Source: a virus
Lineage: Duplodnaviria > Caudoviricetes
DNA: 64,000 bases
Strand: one strand, 5' to 3'
Virus record (IMG/VR): IMGVR_UViG_3300037067_003221
Span: 83,031 to 147,030 of that record
Shown piece by piece: positions 27,017 to 36,368 of this stretch. Numbering within the stretch: the first letter of the stretch is position 1; each line of letters opens with the position of its first letter. The notes beneath the pieces are model-generated. The model saw only the letters and a list, made by a program, of their open reading frames with translations. It did no database searches and was not told where the DNA came from. Position numbers and translations under genes: made by a program.

Positions 27017-28952
27017 CCTCTACGTTTAAGACTTCTTTGAACGTGCCCATAGACATAAGTTCAAGTCGTCGGTTATCTCTTAAAACTTCCAGCACTTTCA
27101 TATCTGTTGGCAGATGAATTAGGTCAACAATAGTTGCTCCCTTATTCACATCCATCCCAATACGATGGATACGATCTTCCGATTGGGTTCGTGATTCCGG
27201 GTTGAAATCATTCGACCAATAGACAATCATCCGGGCTTCAACTAAAGTTAAAGCCATACCACCAGATTTAGGGTGCGCTACAAACACGACTCTTGGATGA
27301 TTTTCCAAATCAGCCCAGTAATCCAACGGGGCTTCATCTGTACTTGTTCCATCAACACGTTTAACGCTCCATCCACGGCCATCAACTTGGACAACATCCC
27401 AACCTTGTTTCAAACAAAGTTTAGTGACCTTATCCACACTGCCCGTGAATCCAGAGAATACGACCAATCGGCCACACTCTTCATTTTCATCGAGCAATTC
27501 AATAAGTGCCTGTTCCTTGGGGCATGGCACTTCTTTTACAATCCGTTCAACTTTATCAACTTCCCCCGTTCCATTGCATGACGCACACGGTAGTTCTTTC
27601 TGAATCAAAGTCTTGACATACTCAGGATCGAGCATATCGACCATTGTGAAAGCGCGTTCGTCATCCTCTGGATCAACCCAATAGGTTGTGGTTGTCTTGC
27701 CTTCACAAACCGGGCACGTTTCTTTTCCGACAACTTTATCCCGGTATTGGAACCCGTCACTTAATTCACGTAGCCATGTTAGGCCGGTGATAGTATTCGG
27801 AGCGGATTTTACCAATGACTGCGCCACACGCAGTATTGACGGGTTGGGCTTGCATTCAACAATACGGTATCGTTTATCAGGTAGGTCTAAACAATCTTTC
27901 TTATGTTTAACAACAACCAGACCTTTCAAACGCTCGTATAAATACGCGACTTCATTTTTGCACGGCTCAAAATTGTGTACTACTTCCCCTGGGCATGGAA
28001 TCATGCCTGGGTACGTATGTTGTCCTTCTTCCAACAATTCGCCACAGACATTGCAGCGTTCTTCGGAATCTCGCCAGCCAACTAACTTCCAGAAAGTATT
28101 TCCAATCAGTCCTTCTTCTTTTCGATGGATACCCAATCGGAACTTAAAGGAATCTGCCGTGCCCTCTCGCAAGAAACCCGGCCAAGCAATTTCCGCTTGT
28201 GCCCACCAGTCCACTGGACTCTTGGGGCTGGGTGTTCCTGACATTAGGATAACATAACCTTCATATCCATATTCTGCTCTTACGGCATCGGCCAAGGCTT
28301 GAGCAGCTTGCGTTCGTTGAGTCTTAGCAGTTTTTAATCTGCTAGATTCATCGAAGATAACGCCCTCTGGTGCCGGGTCGCCAGACTTCCAGAATCCCAT
28401 TCGTTTGACAAGACCTTCATAGGTCATCAATTCAACTTCAATATCGTCTCGAAGATTCCATCGCTTGAACTCACGTTCCACCGCATATAAACCTGAACGA
28501 GGCGCAACCCACCACCATTTCTTCTTTCCAGACTTCTCCATAACCTCAATGGCTGAGAGGGTCTTTCCGGTGCCCATTTCAGCACCCCAGATTTGATAGT
28601 GATATGTCAACCCTGCATCAGACATATCTTTCTGATGCTGCATCAACGGTCGTGTATATTCAAAATTGATTAGGTCACGGTCAAAATGTTCAAATGGATT
28701 TAAGCCCATCATTGCTTGTAACTGGAACCAGTTTCGTGTGCAATTTTCAACGGACCAAATCTTACGTGGTGGGTCGTCGAACCCGTGCCACTTACTGCCC
28801 TTCATTGCTTTAATCTCGTCTTTCGATTCAAACGGAGATTTGCGAAATTCGATGCGAGCAGGCGTAATGAAAATTTGTGCTGGTACTTTGATTCGGGAAC
28901 CTGCCTTGGTTTCCTTAATCAATTTAATATCAAGTAGTGTATTCAATTCCAT
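26994..28952 (-). CDS. SNF2-like SF2 helicase with zinc-finger insertions
   Basis: EMGTGKT, FDESS, MSGTP, SGGMALTL, QSEDRIHRIG; CPVC..CASCNGTG insertion. Confidence 0.88.
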   Translation of the reverse strand: MELNTLLDIKLIKETKAGSRIKVPAQIFITPARIEFRKSPFESKDEIKAMKGSKWHGFDDPPRKIWSVENCTRNWFQLQAMMGLNPFEHFDRDLINFEYTRPLMQHQKDMSDAGLTYHYQIWGAEMGTGKTLSAIEVMEKSGKKKWWWVAPRSGLYAVEREFKRWNLRDDIEVELMTYEGLVKRMGFWKSGDPAPEGVIFDESSRLKTAKTQRTQAAQALADAVRAEYGYEGYVILMSGTPSPKSPVDWWAQAEIAWPGFLREGTADSFKFRLGIHRKEEGLIGNTFWKLVGWRDSEERCNVCGELLEEGQHTYPGMIPCPGEVVHNFEPCKNEVAYLYERLKGLVVVKHKKDCLDLPDKRYRIVECKPNPSILRVAQSLVKSAPNTITGLTWLRELSDGFQYRDKVVGKETCPVCEGKTTTTYWVDPEDDERAFTMVDMLDPEYVKTLIQKELPCASCNGTGEVDKVERIVKEVPCPKEQALIELLDENEECGRLVVFSGFTGSVDKVTKLCLKQGWDVVQVDGRGWSVKRVDGTSTDEAPLDYWADLENHPRVVFVAHPKSGGMALTLVEARMIVYWSNDFNPESRTQSEDRIHRIGMDVNKGATIVDLIHLPTDMKVLEVLRDNRRLELMSMGTFKEVLNVEDVENVSD

Positions 28953-29086
28953 TAGTCGTCCCTCTCTCCCATTGCATCGTCGATTAACGCATCCAACTCT
29001 CCATCGAGATCGTCGTCATAGTCATCCCAATCTTCTTCTCCCCAAGCGTCTCGGTCGTCCATATCGTCATACGGAAATGCTGGCAT
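28952..29086 (-). CDS. highly acidic 44-aa microprotein (not in ORF track)
   Basis: RBS GAGGA; MPAFPYDDMDDRDAWGEEDWDDYDDDLDGELDALIDDAMGERDD; TAATG overlap with helicase start. Confidence 0.75.
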   Translation of the reverse strand: MPAFPYDDMDDRDAWGEEDWDDYDDDLDGELDALIDDAMGERDD

Positions 29087-29088
29087 GG

Positions 29089-29613
29089 TTATTTCCTCTC
29101 GTCTGTAATTAAAAGAAATGTGTGATCTGGGGCTTGTTTTTTGCTTGCCCCGAAAAGTTCCGTTAAACCTAAATTACCAAATGCTGTGTATAGGCTATCA
29201 AAAGCACACCTAGTTTGGGTGGTCTGATCTGCCCTACAACCTCTTAATATTGCTCGCCGCCATTGTCTCAATGACCCAGATACGATAATGGCTTGAATAC
29301 CACGCACCACCGTCTCTGCCAGTGCAAATGGCATACCGGAGGTAATTTCCAGTATGGGAATCATATCTCGTTCATCTGAGGCGAAAAGACAACAAAAGTG
29401 TAGTAAATCGTAAACATCTGTTGCGCCTCTAACTCCGGGCGGCACATTCTCGTTTCGGAAGCCAGCCAGAATAGTCATCAAGTGAGGTATCTCTTTGAGA
29501 TTTGCCCCATCGGCTTTTCGGGCTGGTGAATATCCAAGCATTTCTCTGCATAAAGGCAGAAAGATGTTTTTATCCAAATCCGGTTTCGTGATTATAATTG
29601 CTACTGGATTCAT
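29089..29613 (-). CDS. hypothetical protein, possibly degenerate ThyX-like fold
   Basis: IIVSGSLRQWRRAI resembles the ThyX C-terminal motif; RHRxxS motif absent. Confidence 0.45.
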   Translation of the reverse strand: MNPVAIIITKPDLDKNIFLPLCREMLGYSPARKADGANLKEIPHLMTILAGFRNENVPPGVRGATDVYDLLHFCCLFASDERDMIPILEITSGMPFALAETVVRGIQAIIVSGSLRQWRRAILRGCRADQTTQTRCAFDSLYTAFGNLGLTELFGASKKQAPDHTFLLITDERK

Positions 29614-29806
29614 GGTATCGTTCCCAGAGTTTATCCATCGCTTCATCTAACGTATGGATTGAGTAAATCAAAATATGTTTCTTTCCGTAGGCGAACAATC
29701 TTCGATACTCTAACGAAGAATCCCTCACCTTAATCGTTTGTACGTCAAGGCGAAGGATGCGTTCTTGTCCATCAAGCGGTCCACCTATAAAGTAGGCCGT
29801 TATCAT
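29570..29806 (-). CDS. hypothetical protein
   Basis: FIGGPLDG motif typical of small phage proteins. Confidence 0.6.
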   Translation of the reverse strand: MITAYFIGGPLDGQERILRLDVQTIKVRDSSLEYRRLFAYGKKHILIYSIHTLDEAMDKLWERYHESSSNYNHETGFG

Positions 29807-30012
29807 TGCTTTCTCCATTTCCAGTAGTTGACGATGGCAAGTCCAACGGCAATGGCATCTACTGCAAACATATCCCACATTTGTAATTGTGTGGCATAAA
29901 TACACCACAACACGTTTCCAATGAAGGAAAGTACCCAGCCAGACTTCTTCTTACAGCCAATCAAATACATGGCTCCAAAGATCAGTATATTTGCAATCCA
30001 GCCGAGTGTCAT
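29803..30012 (-). CDS. small PnuC-like membrane protein
   Basis: Three short TMs; GWVL..GNVLW..Y..NYWKW. Confidence 0.6.
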   Translation of the reverse strand: MTLGWIANILIFGAMYLIGCKKKSGWVLSFIGNVLWCIYATQLQMWDMFAVDAIAVGLAIVNYWKWRKQ

Positions 30013-30015
30013 GGT

Positions 30016-30237
30016 TTATTCCTCTGGGAAAGGATAAATTGCCTCTGGTGGCGGCGATTTAATATCCAGTTTCTTTTCAGCCCGTTCCATACGTAATTGC
30101 AATTTTATAATTGCAAATTCAATCTTTGACATTGGTTGCGGCCCAAGAACTTCGCGGTTATTATTATATTCAAACCATAAGAAATTACCCAGGAATGCAC
30201 CCAACAAGCAACATAGAATATATGCTATGTGTCTCAT
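30016..30237 (-). CDS. membrane-anchored hypothetical protein
   Basis: N-terminal TM. Confidence 0.55.
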   Translation of the reverse strand: MRHIAYILCCLLGAFLGNFLWFEYNNNREVLGPQPMSKIEFAIIKLQLRMERAEKKLDIKSPPPEAIYPFPEE

Positions 30238-30611
30238 TTGTCGTCCTTAAATCTACAATAAGGGTTAATAACTGTTAAAGGTCCGGGGCCAGTATATAAT
30301 GGATTCCGATATAGTGTAGGCCGATCTTCAACAGTCGTCTCTCGCCAGTGCCGATCTACAATCGTATTGACGCGAACAATATTTCCAGGCCAATATTCTT
30401 GGTCTAGTTTTGACTTGGCTTCCGAAGCCGCTTTAGCGGTCGCATTCTGTTCCGTGGCCCATGTGAAAAATTCTGCATCAGACATTGCCTTCACTTCTTG
30501 CGAGTAGGTAATGGGTGGTGGAAGATTTTCACTGATTGTGATTTTCAAATCAGCCGCGCTCACAAAACTGGTACAAGCGACCAGCAGCATACTAAACAGT
30601 AGGCGGTACAT
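30234..30611 (-). CDS. secreted hypothetical protein
   Basis: Sec-type signal peptide ending VSA/A. Confidence 0.6.
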   Translation of the reverse strand: MYRLLFSMLLVACTSFVSAADLKITISENLPPPITYSQEVKAMSDAEFFTWATEQNATAKAASEAKSKLDQEYWPGNIVRVNTIVDRHWRETTVEDRPTLYRNPLYTGPGPLTVINPYCRFKDDK

Positions 30612-30822
30612 TATTCCCTCCGAATAGACTCTTGATTTTTAGCACAATGTCCTTAATCTTGATGGCGGCGACCGTGCCTAACTTAACCAATGCAACCGAC
30701 ACAGGAATTGGATACGCTACGGCCTTAATAATAACCTCAGTATTCAAGCCCTCGGCTGAGTCAGAATCTTCCGTCAACTTGACGATCAATCCCGCAATGT
30801 ACGCAACTAAAATATAACTCAT
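30592..30822 (-). CDS. hypothetical membrane protein
   Basis: RBS GGAG. Confidence 0.55.
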   Translation of the reverse strand: MSYILVAYIAGLIVKLTEDSDSAEGLNTEVIIKAVAYPIPVSVALVKLGTVAAIKIKDIVLKIKSLFGGNNVPPTV

Positions 30823-30849
30823 ATAAACTCCAATTTGTAAAAGAAATAT

Positions 30850-30871
30850 GGGGCCTAGTTGTCTAGGCCCC
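30850..30871 (-). terminator. intrinsic terminator
   Basis: ggggcctag-ttgt-ctaggcccc hairpin, T-rich tail on the minus strand. Confidence 0.65.
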
Positions 30872-30925
30872 GAAAAATATACCTGTCGTTAAGCCGCATT
30901 ACATGGCCAACAGGTAGGGCTATAA

Positions 30926-31666
30926 TTAACGTGCGCGTTTCTTCGTGGTCGTTTCCTCAACTTTTTCGATCTCGGTATTTTTCAACGCCATGAAATTTTC
31001 AATCTCAGTTTTCAACGCCTCAATAGGAGGTAGGTTGCTGAATGGCTCTGAACAGCCTGAACAAACAGGAACGTGCCAGCCCCAATCACCCTTTGTCACG
31101 TACTTGGCTTTTAACGTGCAGGGTAGTGGTCCATGTGCCTTACATGGTTTGCCAGTCTTGGTTTCCAGGGCTTCCGCCGTGGCCTCTGACATTGGCAAGA
31201 AGGCTCCAATCTTACCACATTCATTTCGCATTGACTTCGTGCCGCAGAAAAGTTCATAGAACTTTCCAGTTGACCGTTCAAAAATCAAGAACGTCAGGCC
31301 GAACATGCAACCTGAATTAGCCGTTTTTCCGGTTGTTTCAATTTCACGAAACTGTTCCGAAGTGGGGTCGTAGTTCGTGACGATGGCATCCTTGTCTCGC
31401 ATATCCAACGCCTTTGGGCGGCAGCAAAGCGGAAGAATGTCAATCTCCGTGCCCAAATCTTCAATGTTGTCGTCGCTGTGCGGAACACCATAACGACCTG
31501 GGCCAATCAGTCCTTGATCGATGGCTTTACCTTTCGTGTAAAGCTGTAGGCGTTCAAGGTACTCACTCGACTTAGACAGGCCGAGGAACACTTCGGATGC
31601 CATGTCGATGCCTAGTGCCGGTACGCCAGCCACGTCTTTAACTGCCAATTCTGTACTCTTCGCCAT
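30926..31666 (-). CDS. putative ssDNA-binding / replication accessory protein
   Basis: Strong RBS, followed by terminator; beta-rich with YGVP, RPKALD, WHVP; function inferred from context. Confidence 0.45.
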   Translation of the reverse strand: MAKSTELAVKDVAGVPALGIDMASEVFLGLSKSSEYLERLQLYTKGKAIDQGLIGPGRYGVPHSDDNIEDLGTEIDILPLCCRPKALDMRDKDAIVTNYDPTSEQFREIETTGKTANSGCMFGLTFLIFERSTGKFYELFCGTKSMRNECGKIGAFLPMSEATAEALETKTGKPCKAHGPLPCTLKAKYVTKGDWGWHVPVCSGCSEPFSNLPPIEALKTEIENFMALKNTEIEKVEETTTKKRAR

Positions 31667-31736
31667 AATCAAATCTCCAAAAACTAAAGGTAAAACCAGC
31701 CGCCGAAGTAGCGACTAAATAGGTTACACAATAAAG

Positions 31737-31819
31737 CGGAAGGTGTGGGACTCGAACCCACAACCCCTTTCGAGGCACCACGTTAGCACCGTGGCTGCTT
31801 GCCAATTCGCTTACCTTCC
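31737..31819 (-). tRNA. tRNA-Ser(GCT)
   Basis: GGAAGGT/ACCTTCC acceptor + G73, long variable arm CCTC-GAAA-GGGG, GGTTCGAGTCC, anticodon loop GTGCTAA. Confidence 0.85.
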
Positions 31820-32734
31820 TTGTGGCTTAGGCTTCATCAAATCAGGACGCGCCGCGAACTTCCGTGCTTTTCTTTGTTGTCGTTTAATTGCCGTGTCTTT
31901 CTTCTTCTGGACCGAAATTGGGTCTAAATGCAACGTCCATGCAAGAGCCATTTTCCAGATTTGTAGTGGGTCTAAATTTTCAAGTCCAGCTAAAATCTTA
32001 GGTGCGTCCTGCAAATTATTGTATTCAGTTTTAATCTGATTCAGTGTACGTAAATGATCGTACACAACTCCCATATCAACTTGGCTCAGATATTTTACCA
32101 TCTTGCCTTGTTTCATAGATTCACGAAATGACTTTAGAAATTCCCTAATATATTGGATGAATATTTTGACTGGCATTTCTGCTGCTTTTGGCAACAAATC
32201 ATCTTGAACTCGGTAAGGTAACTTTGCTAATAAATGTGCGGACCCAAGCGGTATCTTATCCATATCAAGTTGCTTCTTTGCCTCATTAGACAAATAATTC
32301 AACTTGAGCATTTGCTTAATCCATTTTGGTCCTTTATGCAAACGAGTAGAGAGTTCCTCCATTGTTAATTCTGGATTATCCACAAAAAACATCTTTAAGC
32401 GCGCAGCATATTCCGCTGGGCGAGTTTCATGGTGGATTGCGTTTTCTTCTACTTGACACTCTAATAACTCTCGGTCGTCAGCCCCTTCTTTTATAATACA
32501 GGGGACTTCTTTGAGTTCAAGGTCAAGAGCGCAACAGAATCTATGTAGGCCAGCAATAACTTCAAACTTACCGGGCTGCCGGTAAGAGGGCCTCACACAC
32601 AACGAACATAAGAATCCATGTGCCTGTATAGAGTCCCGCATTTCCAAGTAGTCTAGGCTGGTCTTATCGATCAACCTTAACAAGGCATACGGGGGCACAA
32701 TTTGTTCGACAGGGATATTTGCTAATTTTTCCAT
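31811..32734 (-). CDS. ParB/RepB/Spo0J-family protein
   Basis: SIQAHGFL, FEVIAGLHRF (GxxR), VPCII, EEN, HTH LTMEELSTRLHKG. Confidence 0.85.
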   Translation of the reverse strand: MEKLANIPVEQIVPPYALLRLIDKTSLDYLEMRDSIQAHGFLCSLCVRPSYRQPGKFEVIAGLHRFCCALDLELKEVPCIIKEGADDRELLECQVEENAIHHETRPAEYAARLKMFFVDNPELTMEELSTRLHKGPKWIKQMLKLNYLSNEAKKQLDMDKIPLGSAHLLAKLPYRVQDDLLPKAAEMPVKIFIQYIREFLKSFRESMKQGKMVKYLSQVDMGVVYDHLRTLNQIKTEYNNLQDAPKILAGLENLDPLQIWKMALAWTLHLDPISVQKKKDTAIKRQQRKARKFAARPDLMKPKPQGR

Positions 32735-33000
32735 AATTTACAAGCAGAACATAAATTCACAGAAACTAAAGGTCTAATGTCATCAATGTTATTAACTGGG
32801 TGGCCGCAGAAGAAGTCAGCACGGTTGCACTGGCAATCTTTGTCCTTATATACTTGGTACGTCCTAAATGGGCAGAAGGTCCACTCAGGAACCAATATCC
32901 ATTTTGAGCTACCAACCTTGTACCCCTGTGGTGGGGTGGGCGGTTTTCCCTTTGGAGGATAAACTAATGTACCATCGGGTAATACTCTCGGCGCACTCAT
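32722..33000 (-). CDS. Cys-rich hypothetical protein (paralog of central part of 38296..39030)
   Basis: DGTLVY..P.PPQGY...W..CPFR..CSAC. Confidence 0.65.
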   Translation of the reverse strand: MSAPRVLPDGTLVYPPKGKPPTPPQGYKVGSSKWILVPEWTFCPFRTYQVYKDKDCQCNRADFFCGHPVNNIDDIRPLVSVNLCSACKLWKN

Positions 33001-33021
33001 AGTTTTATTTCCTCGCTACTA

Positions 33022-33398
33022 TATTAGACGCAATTCAGTGGTAATTATCCAGTGATTTTCAGAAATTTTCCAAAAATAAATCGGCGCAACACTTCACTCC
33101 CGGTCAAAACACACCTAAGTCCTTATTTGGTAAGGGTTTAAGTATGTAGGCTGTTTTTTGCAAATTCAAAACAAACTGTTTCCCTATAGAATTTTTTATG
33201 CCTCTCAGAAAATCGTTCTCGTTGGGAACTTTGTTTTTTTAAGTTTGCAAAAAACAGCCTACATACCTAAGTCCTTGTATATCAACAACTTAGATACGAT
33301 TTAACCGGGGATGAAGTGTGAGGTTTTCAATGTTGAAAAAATACAACACGGTATTTTTCAAAATCTTCTGGATAATTACCACTGAATTGCGTCTAATA
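33022..33398. repeat. nested inverted-repeat region at the divergence point (putative origin / twin promoters)
   Basis: Perfect 31-bp IR 33022-33052/33368-33398, 17/20 IR 33089-33108/33300-33319, perfect 23-bp IR 33142-33164/33244-33266. Confidence 0.9.
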
Positions 33399-33427
33399 CT
33401 ATATACGAACCTTGGTACGGAGATAAT

Positions 33428-36160
33428 ATGATGCTGTTGACTGAACAATTAACTCGATTCTTTCAAGTTGTACCGCACAACAATAGTCGAGTAGCCGGTT
33501 GGTATAACCCCTCTATGGAAGTACAAGTTCTCGTTGCGGCAGGCGACGGAGAAGCTGTTGCCGGTAAGAATGGGGTATTCTGTGGCAACCAATATGCCTA
33601 CGACTGGTATAATGTGCGTATGCCAAAGAACGCAAACTCAGACCCTATCAATAATGACCATGAGTTGCGGTATCCATTAGATATACACGCCGACAGCATT
33701 GGATTAACAGGTTGGAATTGGGCAGATAAGAAATCCGTGCGCATAGGTTTTGATTATGACTCAATTACTGGACATGCCGAAGGTGTTGGTGTAACCGATG
33801 AAGATTTACAACGTGTCACTGAGAAATTAAACGAGATTCCAGAAGCGTTGGTTCTTCGCAGCACCGGCGGTTCTGGCCTTCACGTCTATTTCGAGTTTGA
33901 CCCAGACAATCTACCTACAACAAACAACCACACAGAACATGCTGCGCTCGCGCTTGCCTGTCTTAAAGAGATTTCCTTGAAGGTTGGATTTGACTTTCAA
34001 GCCTCAATGGATGTTGGTGGCGGAAATATGTGGGTATGGGCACGACGCACCACATCTGAAAATCAAGGTCTGACGACTTTGAAAGATAATGTCAATGCAG
34101 ACGGTAGCCCAGCCTATCTAGTCCCACCAGCAAATTGGGAAATGTATATTGACGTGGCAAATCGCCGCCGTACTAAAGTACGGATTGCGGGCCTGACTGA
34201 TGCAGACCAACAGGAATTAGAAGATAAGTCTGCCGGACAAAAGATCACATTTGACGATAGACACCGTAAAATTATTTCTGAACTAACGTCGTACACTAAT
34301 TATACGACTGTTCTAGTTTCAGAATATAAACTTGTTCAGACACACACTCGACTACTAAAAGAACTCTTTGATAGTAAGGTGGACTCTGATGACCCAATTT
34401 TAGGCTCGTTTGAAACAAATTCAACTGGCCGAGAGCCAAGTAAACCAAACTGTTTTATGTTCCCGTTGGAAGATGGGGCGTTTCGAGTATTGCGCTTTGG
34501 TAAAGGTGCCTCAGAGCATCCTTCATGGAAGTGCGATAAAAGTGGTTGGACTTACTGTTTCTACAATAAACCTTTAACATTAGATGGAGCGGCCTCGGCC
34601 TTTGACGCATTACAAGATGACGTTAAAGGTGGTGGCTATAACTTTCCTGATGGAAGTAGTGCAGTTGCAGCAATCCGATCAATGGGTCACAGGATTGAAA
34701 TTCCTGATGAAATCATAGATCGAAAAGTACGCCTATCACCAGTTAAGGGTGGAAAACTATTAGTTGAAGTTGTTAAATTGGAAGAAGAGAAAGATGAACC
34801 AATCGGTTGGTTAAAGAAGAAAGATAAGTTTTATAAAATCTTTTCTATCGATGTTCGTTCAACAACTGCCGTGCCTCTTGAAATAGAGGATATGGATAAA
34901 AAAATTCGAGCGTTGATTTCGACCGATAAGAAAGCGGCTGGCTGGATGGTTTCCCATACCTCTGGAAGCTGGATTCAAACAAATAAGGATGATGGTCGCT
35001 CACGGTTAAAAGCGGCTGGGTATGGTGATGCAACGGAAGCAGCGTTAGGAGAGGCATTTATGAATGCCTGGACTGTTGTGAATATTCCTTTTCAAGATGA
35101 ATTTCCTGGCAATCGTCAGTGGAATCTTAATGCACCTTCATTACGATTCAAATCTGAACCTTATGAACCTGGGGATTCGCCCCACCCGCACTGGGATATG
35201 ATCTTAGAGCATGTGGGCGCAGATTTAACGCCTAATTTGAAACAATTGAGTTGGGCACAGAAGAATGGAATTGTGACTGGAAAGGATTATTTGCTGCGAT
35301 GGATTGCATATATGATTCGTGAACCTTTTACAAAGTTACCCTATATTTATTTATGGGGTAATCAATGTACTGGAAAATCGATGTTGCATGAAGCAATCCG
35401 ACGACTAATGAATGGCGGATACATGTCGGCTGATTCAGCTTTGACAAATACTAGTGACTTCAATGGTGAATTAGCAGGTGCCGTATTGTGTGTGGTGGAA
35501 GAAAAGAACATCACTAAGAATGCAGCACAAGTTTATAACAAGATCAAGGAACTTGTAACATCAGAAATCATTTCCATTCATGCAAAGTATAAACAGCCCG
35601 TACTTCAAAAGAATGCAACGCACTGGATTCAGTGTGCAAATAAGCGAGATAGTTGTCCTATTTTTTCAGGCGATACCCGTGTAACAATGATCTATGTGGA
35701 TACGTTGCTAAATGAAGAAATCCCGACACATAAGATGTTTGAATTTCTTGACGCAGAAGCCCCGTATTTTATGTACACGTTAATGAACACGCCGCTACCT
35801 GATATTGACCACCGACTGAAACTACCAGTAGTCGATACGGCAAGTAAGGAACAACTTATTTTGGCAAATATGAACGCACTTGAAAGCTATCTGGATGAAC
35901 ATTGTTTCTTGATTTCAGGGTATTCAATTCCGTTCGACGATTTTGTAGATAAGTTCTTAGAGAAATTAACTCCAAGAGACAGAGATTTATGGGATAGACA
36001 GACTATCATCAACAATCTACCTGTCAACTGTGTTGTGGGAAAAGCCAATGGTACGATGTATATTGGGAATCTTTCCTACAATGACCAAACGGCTCCAAGA
36101 CAAAAACTAATTTGTGAAAATGGAATGCTAGTACCTGACTTACAAGGGAGGTCTGAATAA
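33428..36160 (+). CDS. primase-helicase (AEP-like N-terminus + D5/DUF5906 P-loop helicase)
   Basis: FDYD, STGGSGLHVYF; WGNQCTGKS Walker A, FNGEL, VVEE, DTR. Confidence 0.85.
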   Translation: MMLLTEQLTRFFQVVPHNNSRVAGWYNPSMEVQVLVAAGDGEAVAGKNGVFCGNQYAYDWYNVRMPKNANSDPINNDHELRYPLDIHADSIGLTGWNWADKKSVRIGFDYDSITGHAEGVGVTDEDLQRVTEKLNEIPEALVLRSTGGSGLHVYFEFDPDNLPTTNNHTEHAALALACLKEISLKVGFDFQASMDVGGGNMWVWARRTTSENQGLTTLKDNVNADGSPAYLVPPANWEMYIDVANRRRTKVRIAGLTDADQQELEDKSAGQKITFDDRHRKIISELTSYTNYTTVLVSEYKLVQTHTRLLKELFDSKVDSDDPILGSFETNSTGREPSKPNCFMFPLEDGAFRVLRFGKGASEHPSWKCDKSGWTYCFYNKPLTLDGAASAFDALQDDVKGGGYNFPDGSSAVAAIRSMGHRIEIPDEIIDRKVRLSPVKGGKLLVEVVKLEEEKDEPIGWLKKKDKFYKIFSIDVRSTTAVPLEIEDMDKKIRALISTDKKAAGWMVSHTSGSWIQTNKDDGRSRLKAAGYGDATEAALGEAFMNAWTVVNIPFQDEFPGNRQWNLNAPSLRFKSEPYEPGDSPHPHWDMILEHVGADLTPNLKQLSWAQKNGIVTGKDYLLRWIAYMIREPFTKLPYIYLWGNQCTGKSMLHEAIRRLMNGGYMSADSALTNTSDFNGELAGAVLCVVEEKNITKNAAQVYNKIKELVTSEIISIHAKYKQPVLQKNATHWIQCANKRDSCPIFSGDTRVTMIYVDTLLNEEIPTHKMFEFLDAEAPYFMYTLMNTPLPDIDHRLKLPVVDTASKEQLILANMNALESYLDEHCFLISGYSIPFDDFVDKFLEKLTPRDRDLWDRQTIINNLPVNCVVGKANGTMYIGNLSYNDQTAPRQKLICENGMLVPDLQGRSE

Positions 36161-36354
36161 TGGATTATATAATTAAGGTCTATCGAAAGTTTGGTGGAGA
36201 TCGTATCCGCTTAGTTGCTGAGATACGTTGGTCTGGTGAATTTACTAAGAATCCAACCCGCTTTGCTCGTAAACATGGCGGCGATATTGTCGAGATTGTC
36301 CCAGCTATGACGGGGCGTTTTGGCGATGATGATTTTGGCGATACTAACTTTTAA
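36160..36354 (+). CDS. hypothetical protein
   Basis: TAATG-coupled ORF. Confidence 0.6.
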   Translation: MDYIIKVYRKFGGDRIRLVAEIRWSGEFTKNPTRFARKHGGDIVEIVPAMTGRFGDDDFGDTNF

Positions 36355-36368
36355 TTGGAGATTTTGAT

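Noticed and set aside
241-32962. Plus-strand ORFs in the left arm (e.g. 3853..4518, 9128..9967, 27688..28257) and similar ones in the right arm
   Set aside because: Antisense shadows of well-supported minus-strand genes, with no motifs
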